A stretch of 63,842 nt of DNA, filler included, from Trichosphaerium sp. ATCC 40318 (GCA_038496445.1; 5 parts of 5 records of this genome joined end to end with filler, not necessarily neighbours in it); one strand, 5' to 3'. Counted from the first letter of the whole stretch, positions 35,976 to 48,533 are shown. Translations and numbers: made by a program. The notes: generated by a model not told the origin, from the sequence alone.

Positions 35976-38562
35976 CAATCTGGGTCAATTCGTTTTACGT
36001 TTTATTGATAACCAAATACCGTAGGATAGTTCTGATTACTGAAAACTTAGCTATTTATCTTGAGCAGTACTCAACAGAACGCTTGGCAGAAATTTTGACA
36101 ACTAAAAACCCTTTTATTTTGGAAGGTAAACTCGAGAGACGTAACCTAAATTACAAAATCAGAAATGACAAAGGGACACTAGTTAAAATAAAGCAGTATA
36201 GCAGCCTGTACAGAGTAGTTGGTGTAATGTGTGAACACCCAAACGTTCTAAGGCATTCTTTTAAACTGACTAAGGATGGAAAACTAGCCATTGTTTTTCA
36301 TATTAACAGAAAGCAGTACGTGCTGCTGCAAGAAATCGTCCTTTTCTTTTCTTATTTTCCAAGTCAATTCATAGCACGTGCCGTTTTCTTACACTGAAAG
36401 TACATTCTTGTATCATTTTTCATTTGAACAAAGATCTTTTATTGTATAAAAAAGCCAATTTTCACGTGTATGAACTACCTTATTGCTAAGAGTTTATGTT
36501 TCACTTAGGTTGGAAACGATGATTTGTAACGGAGAATCAATACCGCTTTTACTTCATGAGTATTGTTTAACTGATTTGCAATATCTCTGTTGCCTTAAAT
36601 TCGCATCGGTACAGCAAGATTTTAATGATATTTATTGTAACATGATTGAGCAAAGGTTGTTGATCTTAAATCTACTTATTGGTCAAAGACTCTCAGTCAC
36701 CTAAGAAACAAACTTAGGAGTGACTACTATACACCTACGGTACATTTGTATGACTACTATTAACTATATTTAACTGTGATTAGTCTGTTTCTTGTACATT
36801 AAAGCAGCCAGCTGCATTGAAAGTGAATATTCATGAGCACGACATCTCTTGGATGACATACATTGAAGATAACTTACACAGAGGTGAAGACAGCGCTTAT
36901 TTTTTAGAAACAACTCTGGTCTCTTTATTAATTTTGCCTTGATGTAGCGTTTCAATACTCCACCCTAGCTTATTGGCCTAAGATTCAGTTGAATGCTTTC
37001 TATGACTTAGAAAGAAAACAGTTTGTTTCTGAAATACCCCCAGAAAAGATATTCAAAGTCTCTTTTGATGGTGCACGATCAATCACAAACTTGTTCTAAC
37101 AGATCCTTGTTTTAGGTGGTGTTATTGAAGCTGAAGATATTCTTGAAAAAAGAATCAAAGGTATTCAGCGCTATTCTTTCCAAGCCCCTAACGTTGGTCT
37201 TTTGTAGTACTGGCTTTGGTACTAGCCAAACCTGCACTTATAAGTGAAAATACTGGCTGCAAGCTAAACAATGAACAGTTAGAGCCTCTTTGGAGAACTA
37301 AAGCAACTCTCATAGTAACGTGCAGTCGCGTATCAAGTTGCTGGTGCAACGCGCTGAGTAGTAATATAAAGGATGGTTATGCATTAAAGATTGTACTTGT
37401 AACAACAGCAAAACAGTACAATAGTTACAAACAACAAGATATTTTAGAAGCAGGTAAGAATGTCTGGTGTTGTTGTTTCTCACTTTATAATAGATGTTGT
37501 TATTGTTTCGTATCCTTTTTTGTGTAACCCTAGTTACATACATGTTGCCATGAAAAGTGTTGCAAATTGTATTGCAACTAAGAAACCGTTTGTAAGAAAG
37601 AGAGCCAAGATGCTCACTAATCATCAGCGTTCAATTAGACCAAGAAAACTAAGTGAAATGAGAAAGGTACTGATTAAATTTAAAGTCTAAGAAAAACGAA
37701 ATTACTAATTATCACGTGATTTTAAAGGAAGCAAATAAATACAAGGATGGAGGAGCTACCTTCCCTTTTGTACTGAATAATTTTTACTGGCATCGTATCA
37801 TCCTTGATGAAGTAAATCAAGTCTTTGATAAAAAGGAACATTTTTATGTTGAAGAATTATCTTCATTCGAAGGAAGATCTAGGTGGGTTGTAAATACAAC
37901 GCCTTTTCCAAACTGGTACAATACATCTTACTTTTTCTTATTGATCTTGATGTTCACAGTTCTTTTTTATCCTTCTTAACTTTACTGAAGCCTTGATCTT
38001 GATATCAAGATTTTCTTTTGTTTGGATATAGTTTCTTAAGTTAGGCGTGACCGTCACTGTACTTACTCTTTATTTTTAGGTTTACAATAAGAAATATAAT
38101 GAAGTTCCTAAGGCTAAGATCTAGTGACCCACAATTTGAAAAAAACACATTAGAATACACTAAGTACGTCTTTTTAGTATTCTTTACTTTTCGAGATTAT
38201 TTATTAACTTATTTGTAGCTCGGTCATTGCTGATATACTTTTCTCCAATCTTTATTGGTAAGAAATAAGCAGTTTTCTTTCAAGTTGTATTTACTAAGTG
38301 TTTGTAGGAGGTGTAGCACAACAACTAAAGAAGAAATTTGAAAATGTTTATCATTTAAAAAAGTGCAAGGTCAACAATAAACCAAAAGTCTTTTCACTGT
38401 CACGTGTCAAAAGTGTCTTAGAACTATAAAAGAGCGTGCTGCGTTTTATGAATTATTATTTACTTGAATATGTCACCGATGTACCTGTATTGTATGCGTA
38501 TCGATTACTTTAAAGGCAATGAGTAATGAACATTGTTTATTTTTAGTGTACATTAAAAGGCA

Positions 38563-40070
38563 CTACAGACAAAGAGACACAAGTGTTACAATAGAAAAAA
38601 TGTACATCATACAAGTAATAGGTTTCAACTTTGTTGATAGAGACCTTATTGTTGTTGTTGGTTGAGGTGTTGGTGTTGAATTAGTTGGAGATAGTGCGAT
38701 ACTTGAAGTTGGGGCTGATGTTGTAGGTGTTGCAGTTGTTGGCGCCACAGATGGCATTGGGGCTGTTGGAGGCTGTGTAGTTGGAGGAGCTGTAGGTGCT
38801 TCTGTTGTTGGAGGTGCAGTTGGAGGAAACGTTGTTGGTGGTGTAGTTGGTGATGAAGTTGTAGGAGGGAGTGTTGTTGGAGGCAATGTAGTTGGAGGTA
38901 ATGTTGTTGGAGGTGGTGTTGTAGGAGGTAATGTAGTTGGAGGTAGTGTTGTAGGAGGTAATGTTGTAGGAGGTAGTGTTGGAGCTATCGTTGTAGGTGG
39001 TTGTGTGTAATTAAATACTGCAGTGGTTATTCCACTATCTACTAGTTGTCTTGGGAGAGAAAATCTACAGAAATGAGGTTATAAAAAGAGCGAGGATCAT
39101 TGGCACTTACGTGAGATATGTTGTATTGAAATCAACATCCCTGAGTAAACGGTAAGTTGTTGATGTAAGATAAAAACCTAACAAAGGCATTTAGTAAAAA
39201 GTAACCTTAACAAGCACAAGCACAAAAAAGGCGATTTTTTCGCTAGATTTTTATAACACGTTGAATAGTATTATAGTGAACCACGAACTTGTAACACTTC
39301 ATAGTTTGTAAAAAAAAAGCTTGAGTTTAAACTGTTTTAATGTACCAGTTACGACGGGTTGATCAAAAGTGCACTCGAATTTTACAGTAGAACCTACATT
39401 CATGGTTGTGGTTCTGTGTTCTGAGAAGGTTAATGAGTCAGAGCCAAAATTAGCGCTATAATCAGCTAATAAGGTGAACGAGTATTCTGTTGTTGCGTCT
39501 ACTGTAAACGACGAAACAGTTGATGGCGGTATATTTCCGCCAAAGGAGAGTGAGCACGTTCCTGTGTCTCCGTCACCTAACTACGTTAGCTTCTTCCGCA
39601 ATTAAGTGAGTAGACCACAGAGCGTTTTTTGTATTTTCGCTTGTGGGTGGAGCTGATTTTGCGTGTTTTCGTGTTTAATGTTGACGTACTTATTGATAAG
39701 ACTATTGTGAAAAGGGTACATAAAACTAGAAATGCTTTAATCATGGTGATGGTCTTTAGAAATTAAAAACTCCGAAGGTCTAGTTTCCGAAAATTTCGCA
39801 CTATTGCCAGAAAACACAAATCTATTTCTGAAATTGTATCCAATATCTAAAGGGAGGTTTGATAGTGTGGTTTGAGGCAAGCTCAGAGCTAATGCGTTGC
39901 TTTTTTTGTAACTTGAAAAGTAATTGTACACGATTTTCGGCTGCAGCCAAAAAACAACCTCGGTCTTTTGTTTTTTTCGTCGCTAACACAAATTAAAGAA
40001 AAAACATGGTACAACACATGGTTGTAAAGTGTTACGTGAATGATATTAACCAACCGGCAAAATATGGTCA
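38563..40070 (-). CDS. Surface/mucin-like protein with Pro/Thr-rich stalk and hydrophobic C-terminus (possible GPI/TM anchor)
   Basis: (PPTTL)n 15-bp tandem repeats at ~38860-38985, TAPPTT repeats, and C-terminus MMYIFSIVTLVSLCL. Upstream exons present; start uncertain. Confidence 0.6.
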
Positions 40071-40433
40071 TCAACCAATTCGTGACACAAAAAATGCAAG
40101 TTGAGAATAGTATTGGAAGTTTAAGGCACAAAACAAAATAAATATTGTATTTTCGCTTGTTCATAAAGGTACTATCTGACTACTAAATTTTTTGTGGTAT
40201 TCACTGATAAGATTTCACACTTGACACTTCTTTTGGAAGCAGCGAATTCTTGAAGAATGGTTATGCGTATTCGATTGAGTATGAATAAGAACTATGGCCA
40301 ATCAGTGACATTTCAGGTGCCATCAAGCACCTCTAACCTCAAACATTAGGTTGTACAAGGACAACCAAAAACGTGTTTGAGAAATGCTCACAAAAACAAG
40401 CGTAAAGTCAGTAGTAGAAGTGCTGTGTATTAC

Positions 40434-41416
40434 TCAGATTCCATGTGACAAGACCATTTCAGATGCTAAGTGAGCAAAGGCTTCGTTAACTAAATTAAGG
40501 TTAAGGTACTAAGGTGACAAGACAAACAAGTTTTTACCATTTATAGAATCCTTAGATGATATTTCAAAGTATGTAAGAGCAAATTCTTCAGCAAAATCCT
40601 AAAGATAGTTAGAAAATAACCTAGTGTCAGTAGCACTAATGCCTTTGCAACTTCATAGTCTACGATACGCTCACTGCTGAGGTCGCTTTTGGATCCAACA
40701 AGTATTTTCTGAACATCGTCACTTGCATACCTCTCACAGAGCTGAAGATACCTTATGATGTGGTCATAACTTTCTTTGTTAGTAACATCATACACAACAA
40801 TGATACCATGAGCTCCTCTATATGTACTAGAAGAAGGGTTTTGTCTTTCTCTACCTATAGACAAAGGTTTAGTTAGGGACCGAATCTGATAATAATATCA
40901 AACCAAATAATTATAAACCCACGTTGACATACGGTAACTTTGATATATTTGTAACTTCACTCTTTTTCCATTGATATTTACAGTTTTAGTAATCTATATG
41001 TAAAAAACTCACGTGATAAGAATATAAAACAAGGCTCAACAAAAAGTGTGAATACTCTGTTTTTCTTTGACACGAAAACCAAAAATGGAAAACAAAAGTT
41101 GAACTTACAAGTCTTTTGTTTCCTGAATGTGCGGAAAAAGTATCATCAACAAATCTTTGCGCCATATTACTCTTTCCTACGTCATTATCTCCTAGCATAA
41201 CGATTTTGAATAAATAATCACTAACAATGGAGTCAGGAAAGTATTAAACAACAAATTCTACTTTACTATGCGGGTTTAGACTCTCTGGTGCCGTTAAAGG
41301 CTTTGGAACGCCTATCTCATGTATTAGCTTTCAAACATTGTCATTCAAGAGTAAGCAGAGCTATATCCTTTCTCAATACCTTTTTGTGGTTTTTTTGTGC
41401 TGCTCTTACTACCCAT
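40434..41416 (-). CDS. Atypical Rab1-like small GTPase with MGSKSS N-terminus and no C-terminal Cys
   Basis: DYLFKIVMLGDNDVGKSN, KRVKLQI, YRGAHGIIVVYDVT, ILVGSKSDL, EISSK, VNEAF...SHGI*. Joining the N-terminal exons needs a 1-nt correction near 41268. Confidence 0.72.
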
Positions 41417-41624
41417 GTGGAGTTTTGTCCAAATAAGCTTGTTTGCTTTCAAAGAAAACGTAACTACTTATTGGGTTTAGTTGGTTACAAATGTAACCTA
41501 CCACGTGTACTCCATCTGTGAGTATGGTGCATGCTTTAATTGGTTGCAAGAGTAACGTGAGAAGGTAAGCAAGACATTCTCTCTTTTACAATTGATTTAT
41601 TTGTGTGAACGTGTGTAGAATATT

Positions 41625-43305
41625 TTACAGAGTAACAGACTTTATAACACCAATCATAGATACAGTCTACAAAAATCAATTTAACTCTAAGTTTCAATAA
41701 TTTAATGCCGTACTGTTACTCCTTCACGAATAATGATAGTACCTAGCTTCGATATATTGCAGTAAGCAGTACAGAAAAGTGGCTTTGAAGGTGTAAATCT
41801 TACAAGAGCAACATCACCTTTCAAAAGATACTTTGGGTTTTTAGCAGCACGTTTTTTGGGGTGACTGATTTCTAAAATTTCATCCATCCTACAACTCATA
41901 GTGGCCGTGTGAACACCTAAAATGATTACTAAAGTTAGTAAAGATCAACCTCAACTTCAAACAACGTAACTGCAGAAAGGAGAGAACCCAGCATGTATTT
42001 CATTAGGAAGATAAATAACTTTGACTTGAGCTATAAATTCTGACACATAACAGACGCTTGTGGGTTCCTCCAACGTTTGCTCTATAAGTACACAACCCCT
42101 AGAAACCCCATCGTATTCAATATCTATATGTATACCTACAGATTCACCAGCAAAAGCCTAAACCAAAAAGAGTAAGATATTGTCAAAACACATCATAAAT
42201 ACAGTACCTTGTCTAAAGGTTTGTTGAACATTTCAATCATTTGTACCGTTACTTTACGTCCTGTAGGAGCCACAATAAGTGTTTGACCTACTTTAATGCT
42301 ACCTCTTGCTATGTATCCAGTAACTACAGTACCAATACCACTAATCTTATGCACTTGGTGTACCGGCATACAAAATGGCGAATTAATGTCCAATACCGCT
42401 GGAGGTAAATTATCTATAATCTCAGTTAAACAATCTCCTTTCCACCAAGAAAAACGTCTTGACGTTCTAAATACGTTTTCATCTGTTAACGGAGCAACGG
42501 GGCAAAACCTAATATTGGTACGTTTGTACCCAGCCCTAAGAGCTTCTTAGCATACATCACTTTTGTAAGCATCACAATTTCCTTTAAAAAAACATTTCGC
42601 GTACTTTTTAAGTCCACGTGACACTATTTCTACTGCTTTATCAAATATATTTGAATCAGGATTTGAACGAATAAAATTGATTGCAATGATAATGAACTTA
42701 AGACCTTGTGCATAGGCTATTGATGCAAGTTTGGTTAAAACCTCAGGATTTGGATAATTAGCCGAGATTACAACCAAACCAATATTAGCTTGTGTGTATC
42801 CAATAATAGCATTCTTAAGACAAGCCACACTCCCTGGAGTATCTATCAAGGTAACCTAGTAAATGATAAACAACAAGAGGTCAAAAGAAAAGCCAAAAAA
42901 ACTCACGTGTCTGTTTTGTGTTTCGAAATGTGTTGTGAATGTAGTTCTTCTCATAGGGACTTCTCTTTCGCATAAAGGATATGGATTTACAAAACTTGCA
43001 TAACTGAAAGAACGCCTATCTACTAAACCTTGTCTAATGCGTTCATGACTAGCTTTACGCCTTCGAAAAAAGAAAAAAGTAAGAACACATATTTGTTTGC
43101 AGAAAAAAACAACTCTCCAACTATGGACACGTAACACGTAGTCGCTTGCAAGGATTGTATACAATAATGATGGATATAATTCGTACTCTTCTGACATATC
43201 ACCACAATTGTAGTATAAACTTCCTGCAAGGGTAGATTTACCAGTCGCTATTGGACCAAAAACTGCAATGCTTAAGTTTGGTTTCGATCTTCTATTGTAG
43301 TCCAT
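41625..43305 (-). CDS. Divergent EF-1alpha-like translational GTPase
   Basis: KPNLSIAVFGPIATGKSTLAGSL, FET, IDTPG, LKNAIIGYTQA, WWKG, VHKISGIGTVVTG, FIAQVKVI, KNPKYLLKGDVALVRFTPSKPL, GVIKSV. Confidence 0.85.
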
Positions 43306-44467
43306 TTTTGGTAATTGGCGTTGTCTAAAATACAAAGTAAGTCAGGTGTAAGGCGTGTTTGAATAAGTACAAACACTAAATGTTTTGTTCAAAAAAACAA
43401 TACAGAGGGTGGAAAAGGACTTAAATTGTCGTGTTTCGATAAATTCCAGCGTAATCGCGTTGATTTCGAGAGTTTGAACGGGTTTTCGTTACGAACGTAA
43501 TGATAAATTTAGTATAAGGCTCTTTTGACCTACAACGCAATAATATAGCGTATTTTCATTAATTTAAGAGTATTATGTACTTTAACTGGTATTCAACACG
43601 CAAGTGTGGTATTAATGGTACGCAATTCTGTTGATTTAGCGAACAGCCCGTGTGTTTAATTAAACGAAGTGCATTTAAGGGCCCTTAAGTCATCGTTGTA
43701 CTTTTGCCCGTTATAATGTTGTAGTCCAATTGTTTGACCACCATTCGAATAAAGCAATCTCTTGTAAACTAAGTAAAGTAACACTGTCTATTTCCATATC
43801 GGAGAAGAGAAAAAAGCGAGATAACCTTAATGCCAATCTAAAAAACACATTCGCGTTCAAAGAGGAACCACTACCAGCGTTTTGAAACATACAGCTAATA
43901 GCCAGACCTTGATAACATGTTGCTTAGATCCCATATCCTTTTACTCTCTCAGGTTGAGGTATGTTGGTTCCTGTTCATGACCGTCCGGTCCCACTCTATG
44001 AGGTTTTCACATTTTACAACAACATCATTGGATGCACTCACGGCTACAGTTCTATACTAAGCCCCAAACTAAACTTTAGATACAATGCACATAATGCTTA
44101 ATCAATTACTGCTTTGCGAAAAATTCTTCCAATACTATTTGTGTCACGTTTTTGTTGAATCATATTCTACATGCTACGGGTTAATATCATTCACGTAACA
44201 CTTTACAACAATCAATTATTTGTGTACTGTGTTGGTAATATTTCGTGTCTTTCTTCTCATCTCTTAATTTTTGTTCGGGTTTCAACAGCGAAAAAGGCAA
44301 ACCAAAAGATGTTTGACCTGTATGTCAGACTATCGGTCTATAACTACCTTTCGAGCAATACAGCAACAACTATGCACGAGAGTTATCAACTTGCCTCAGA
44401 CTACACTATCAGCCCCACAATTCAATATTTTCCAATTCAAAGAATTTGAGTTTTGTGCAAATTGTTC

Positions 44468-44567
44468 NNNNNNNNNNNNNNNNNNNNNNNNNNNNNNNNN
44501 NNNNNNNNNNNTTAATTAATTAANNNNNNNNNNNNNNNNNNNNNNNNNNNNNNNNNNNNNNNNNNNN
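44468..44567. other. Artificial contig linker
   Basis: N44-TTAATTAATTAA-N44. Confidence 0.97.
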
Positions 44568-44671
44568 AAAGAATACAAGTAATATACATAAGCGAGTCAT
44601 TACTTAACTAGCTATTTGGCGTTTCACAATTTGCGACAAAAAGACATTGACTCATACTAGTTCCATTGCAA

Positions 44672-46084
44672 ATGAGTATACTTCTGAATCAAACACCAAC
44701 GGATCTAGAAGAGTAAGTTCACGTTTCAATGCAGCAAATACACGTGTTTTACTGTTAATGTTGCCTAACAATTACTAATAGTATTGAGAGGCCTTTAGAA
44801 CTGCTTTGGCTGCCAACAGAGATTATATTTTGTATCCTGGCGTTTTTGGGCAACAAATGTCGTATATCCGCAACATTCGTTTGTAAACTCTTTTCTACGA
44901 TCATTTTGAATCATTTGGGTTATTTTGAGGTGACTGTCAAGTCAAGAGAAGAGCTACTCACACTAAACGGAAGTCCTCTTTTAAAAAACACAAAAGTAGT
45001 TATTGATATTAGTACATTGACTGATGATGACTTTAAAAGTATTTCTGGTGTCCATCACCTGGAAACAAGCGATTCTGTATCACCAACAGATGCTATGCTA
45101 GAACATATTTCAGGTGTACATCATCTAGAACTACGTAAAAGAAAACGTGGATGCAAGTTGACACGATTTGGATTTAAATCACTTCATGGTATCCATACAC
45201 TCATTGTATCATGTGCGCATTTAAAAGATGAATGGATTCAAGAACTTGAGGGTATCCATACAATCGATATTTCGCACACATCTATAACTGATAAAGGACT
45301 TGCAGCACTCTCTGGAGTTCATACTATTAATTTAAGTGAGTGTTATAATATCAGTGATAAAGGTGTTATTGCCATTTCAGGCAGTGTACACAAGATACTG
45401 CTTAATCATTGCTATATTACAGATAAAAGTGTAAGAGCACTAACAAATGCAAGAGCAATATCATTGGCTAGTACAAATATTACAGATGAAGGATTAAAGT
45501 ACTTGTTGACTCAAAATCGAGTGACAAACATCATCAACAAAATTAATCTTGATTGCATTCAAATATCAAATAATGTATTGAAACTCCTGGCTGGTATTCC
45601 TTGTGTAGAGATTCGTTATTCCCAACTAAATAGCAATACCCTGTCATGTTTGGTAGGAATACAGCATATTACTTTGAGAGCGTGCAATGTATCAAATGAT
45701 GCTATAAAGCAATTGGCAGGTGTTAAAATGATTGATATTTGTTGTATTGCTTGCGTTGATGATAGTACTTTAAAGGCACTTGCAGGAGTACATACAATTT
45801 TCCTCGATTCAACATCTGTGACAGATAAAGGTCTAGGCTACTTGGTTGGCGTTAAAGTCATTAGCCTTTGTGAATGTAAGCTTATAACAGATAAAGGAGT
45901 GAATAGCCTTATTGGTGTCAAGGAAATTGATCTGGGAGACTGTTCACAAATCACAAATGATGGAGTTGTTAATTTAACAAGCCTTGATTTCCTGTACTTT
46001 TATGGTACCCAAATAACACAAAGAATGGTTTATAAACTAGGATGCAACACAAGCTACTCACACCAATTGTGGCCAAAGTTTTAA
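44672..46084 (+). CDS. F-box + LRR protein (LxGVHTIxL repeats)
   Basis: LLWLPTEIIFCILAFLGNKCRISATFVCKLF F-box-like segment in frame with ORF 44846..46084; repeats such as ITDKGLAALSGVHTINLSEC. Confidence 0.85.
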
Positions 46085-46539
46085 AGTGGACCATATGTAG
46101 TTAAACGAATTATCCAAAGACTTTTTTCTCTTTTTTTTTTGATCTAAGTGCAAGTTGTTTCTTATGTGCTTTCTGTCTGTAACGCTCTGTACTTTACTAC
46201 GTTACTTAAATAAATACTGAGTTTCCATATATCCAACCTTCGTACCCTTACACTGTCCTTGTAGAAAGGTGTTTCTGTACCATTGCAGTTTGTCAAATGC
46301 GTTGTTTATGCCGAACTCCCGAAAAAAAAAAACAAGTCACGTGTTTGGAGAAATGTAAGCTGATGAACGAAACTCTTCGTTCCAAACCTAGCAAACATTC
46401 TCAATATTTCCACAACCATCCTAGTACGTGAGTCTCGTTCAGTCAATACGCGAATTATTTTTTTATCAAACAAACTGCTTGTCGCTCAAATTGCGTACGT
46501 GGTAGGTTTCAACGCATTCGAAGTAAGATAGAGCAAACT

Positions 46540-47615
46540 ATGAAAACTATGACTGTCAGTAAGCCAACAGAAGATGTTTCTAGTTCTAAAATAGACCAAG
46601 TCATTGCGAGGGTAGTGGGAGGAGATATTATTCACTTTAAAACAACACCATCCTCAAAAAAGCTCGCAGATTACTTGCGCAAGCGTCTAGAGCGTATATT
46701 ACACGAATCTAACATTCATCTGTGCCAATACGCAATTTCTAACGGAGAACATTTTAATCGCATCCAAGAGCTACGAAAGTCTCTTCTAAACGATACATAC
46801 ATACATGAATGCATACGTGGGCTATTAGAGGTAACAAACTACAAATATGATGTTTTTGAGGCAATGACCTCTCTGACAGCCTATCCTGCTCGTGTAGGAG
46901 CTTGGATTCAATCTAACGTTAACGTACTTTGATAAACCAAGGCTACGTGCTGTTACAAGCGGTGGACACCTCAATAGAGCATCAGAAATGGTTTATTCCC
47001 TTCATCGTGATACTTGGTGAGTGTTTTGAGTTTTCTTCAGTCTAGCTCCCTTTCACACCTTGTTCAATAACAGAAATGTGGTTTAGGTATACATACGCAG
47101 AGCATGGTATTAACTTTTGGATCAATATCGATGATGTGTTGCCGTCAGAGAGTTTTATGATTTTGCCAAATTTTTTCAATGTCCCTGTCGAAAACACTTC
47201 AAGCTTTTTCTCCTATGATAAGTGGTGTGCTTCAGGAGGGTTTCAATCTGTTAAACCAAAGTCGTATTATCCTCACCTAACTTCTCCAGAGTCATTTGAG
47301 GACCAGATTGAAGAAAAAACTTGTTTTAATTGTACACATGGAAACATCATAATGTTCTCTCCTTCTCACTTACACGGCACACAAAAGCATAGTAGTGGAC
47401 GTACTAGGTTCAGTATGGAGTTTAGAGTTACAACACTTGATGAAAATCATGTACAAATGCGTTATGAAGGTGTTGATAATGAGTCAAAAGGAGATGCTCT
47501 TGTTCATAGTATATGCGCCAAAGACTTTGTATCTATTCATTCATCTGATGTTAATTTATTACGAGAGTTAATTGCTAACTTTAAATCTCAACAAAAGCTT
47601 CAGGTGCACAAATAG
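46540..47615 (+). CDS. PhyH-like 2-oxoglutarate/Fe(II)-dependent dioxygenase
   Basis: LHRDTW|Y (HxD), INFWINI, GNIIMFSPSHLHGT (distal H), RTRFSMEFRV (2OG-binding R); two introns. Confidence 0.75.
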
Positions 47616-47968
47616 CAGCTAGTTATTTTTTTGTAGACAAGTCTATCACGTGACCACCTCCCAATGTATTGGTTGTGCACAAACAATAAATCACCTTGTG
47701 AACGATGGAACAACACTCCTGCCTGTAGTTTCCTTGGTGTTAGAAATATGTGGTGAACCAAAAAAAAGGTGAACGAGTGAACGAAGTGAGAATATTCGCT
47801 AGCTTTGTATGTATTCTAGAACGAGCTATTTAACAAAACAAAGAGTGTAGTTTGCTACTGTAATAACAAATAAATCATTGAGTGGTTATTGTAAGAGGGA
47901 AATTCCTCACTGTAAAGTCACCCAATACCTGGATAATAAATGTGAGTTACAACTTTACCTGTTACATA

Positions 47969-48025
47969 TGGCGATCTTAGCAGGATTTGAACCTGCAAGG
48001 CAGAGGGTCCAATAGACTCTAGCCC
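47969..48025 (-). pseudogene. tRNA-Ser-like 3' half fragment ending in CCA
   Basis: Minus strand reads ...CTAGAGTCTATTGGACCCTCTGCCTT GCAGG TTCAAAT CCTGC TAAGATCG CCA: perfect T-arm and long variable region; no 5' half nearby. Confidence 0.4.
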
Positions 48026-48095
48026 TTTTTCAGTTGTATCTGGATTTAGCAACAAAACTTTCAACTGGTTACCATATACTTGCTGAGAGCTTTAT

Positions 48096-48533
48096 TTACA
48101 TAAAGTTTTTTTTGAGGTATAAAAATACACCTCTTCTTTTTGAAAATCCCATTCTTTGTTTAGGTACTGCATAAAGGGAATAACTTTCATCAGAAGATTT
48201 GAATGTATAAAGAATTTTTTTGTCGTGCAACCAATCTGGGCTAACATAGGTACAAACCATTCCTTTTCCTCTCCCAATAACAGATACTCTACCAAGTAGA
48301 ACAGTACTTGATGAATAAAGAGTTTTGGGTTCTGGGCATTTGATTTTAAAGCGCCTGGTATCTTTCGCTCCAAAGATTTTTCTACCGCGTTTTGGGTTGA
48401 CTGTGATTGCACTTACGCCATCATACATTGGTTGTCGTATATATTTCACTCGTTGGTGTTCATAACTAGCAGTAGTGCATTGAATAGATAATAATACTAT
48501 CACAAACAGAACCAGAGAGTAAATAGTTGCCAT
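48096..48533 (-). CDS. Small basic secreted protein, unknown function
   Basis: 145 aa ORF with signal peptide-like MATIYSLVLFVIVLLSIQCTTA. Confidence 0.55.
   Translation of the reverse strand: MATIYSLVLFVIVLLSIQCTTASYEHQRVKYIRQPMYDGVSAITVNPKRGRKIFGAKDTRRFKIKCPEPKTLYSSSTVLLGRVSVIGRGKGMVCTYVSPDWLHDKKILYTFKSSDESYSLYAVPKQRMGFSKRRGVFLYLKKNFM

Larger units (their letters stand above)
30804..38400 (+). pseudogene. F-box-like + degenerate SNF2_N (Rad5/SHPRH-type) gene, interrupted by the retrotransposon
   Basis: N-terminal VPDELWLKMFS (F-box-like). Downstream exons HDISWMTYIE, GGVIEAED, ATLIVT, FYWHRIILDEVNQ, RSRWVVNTTPFPN. The frame rejoins across the element (RRTLLP/QSG|IVLITEN). 3' end approximate. 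Confidence 0.6.

Noticed and set aside
40434-43305. EF1A-Rab fusion gene
   Set aside because: The EF1A-like frame stops at GVIKSVTL* (41625) and the Rab has its own plausible ATG (MGSKSS); no clean in-frame splice path joins them.
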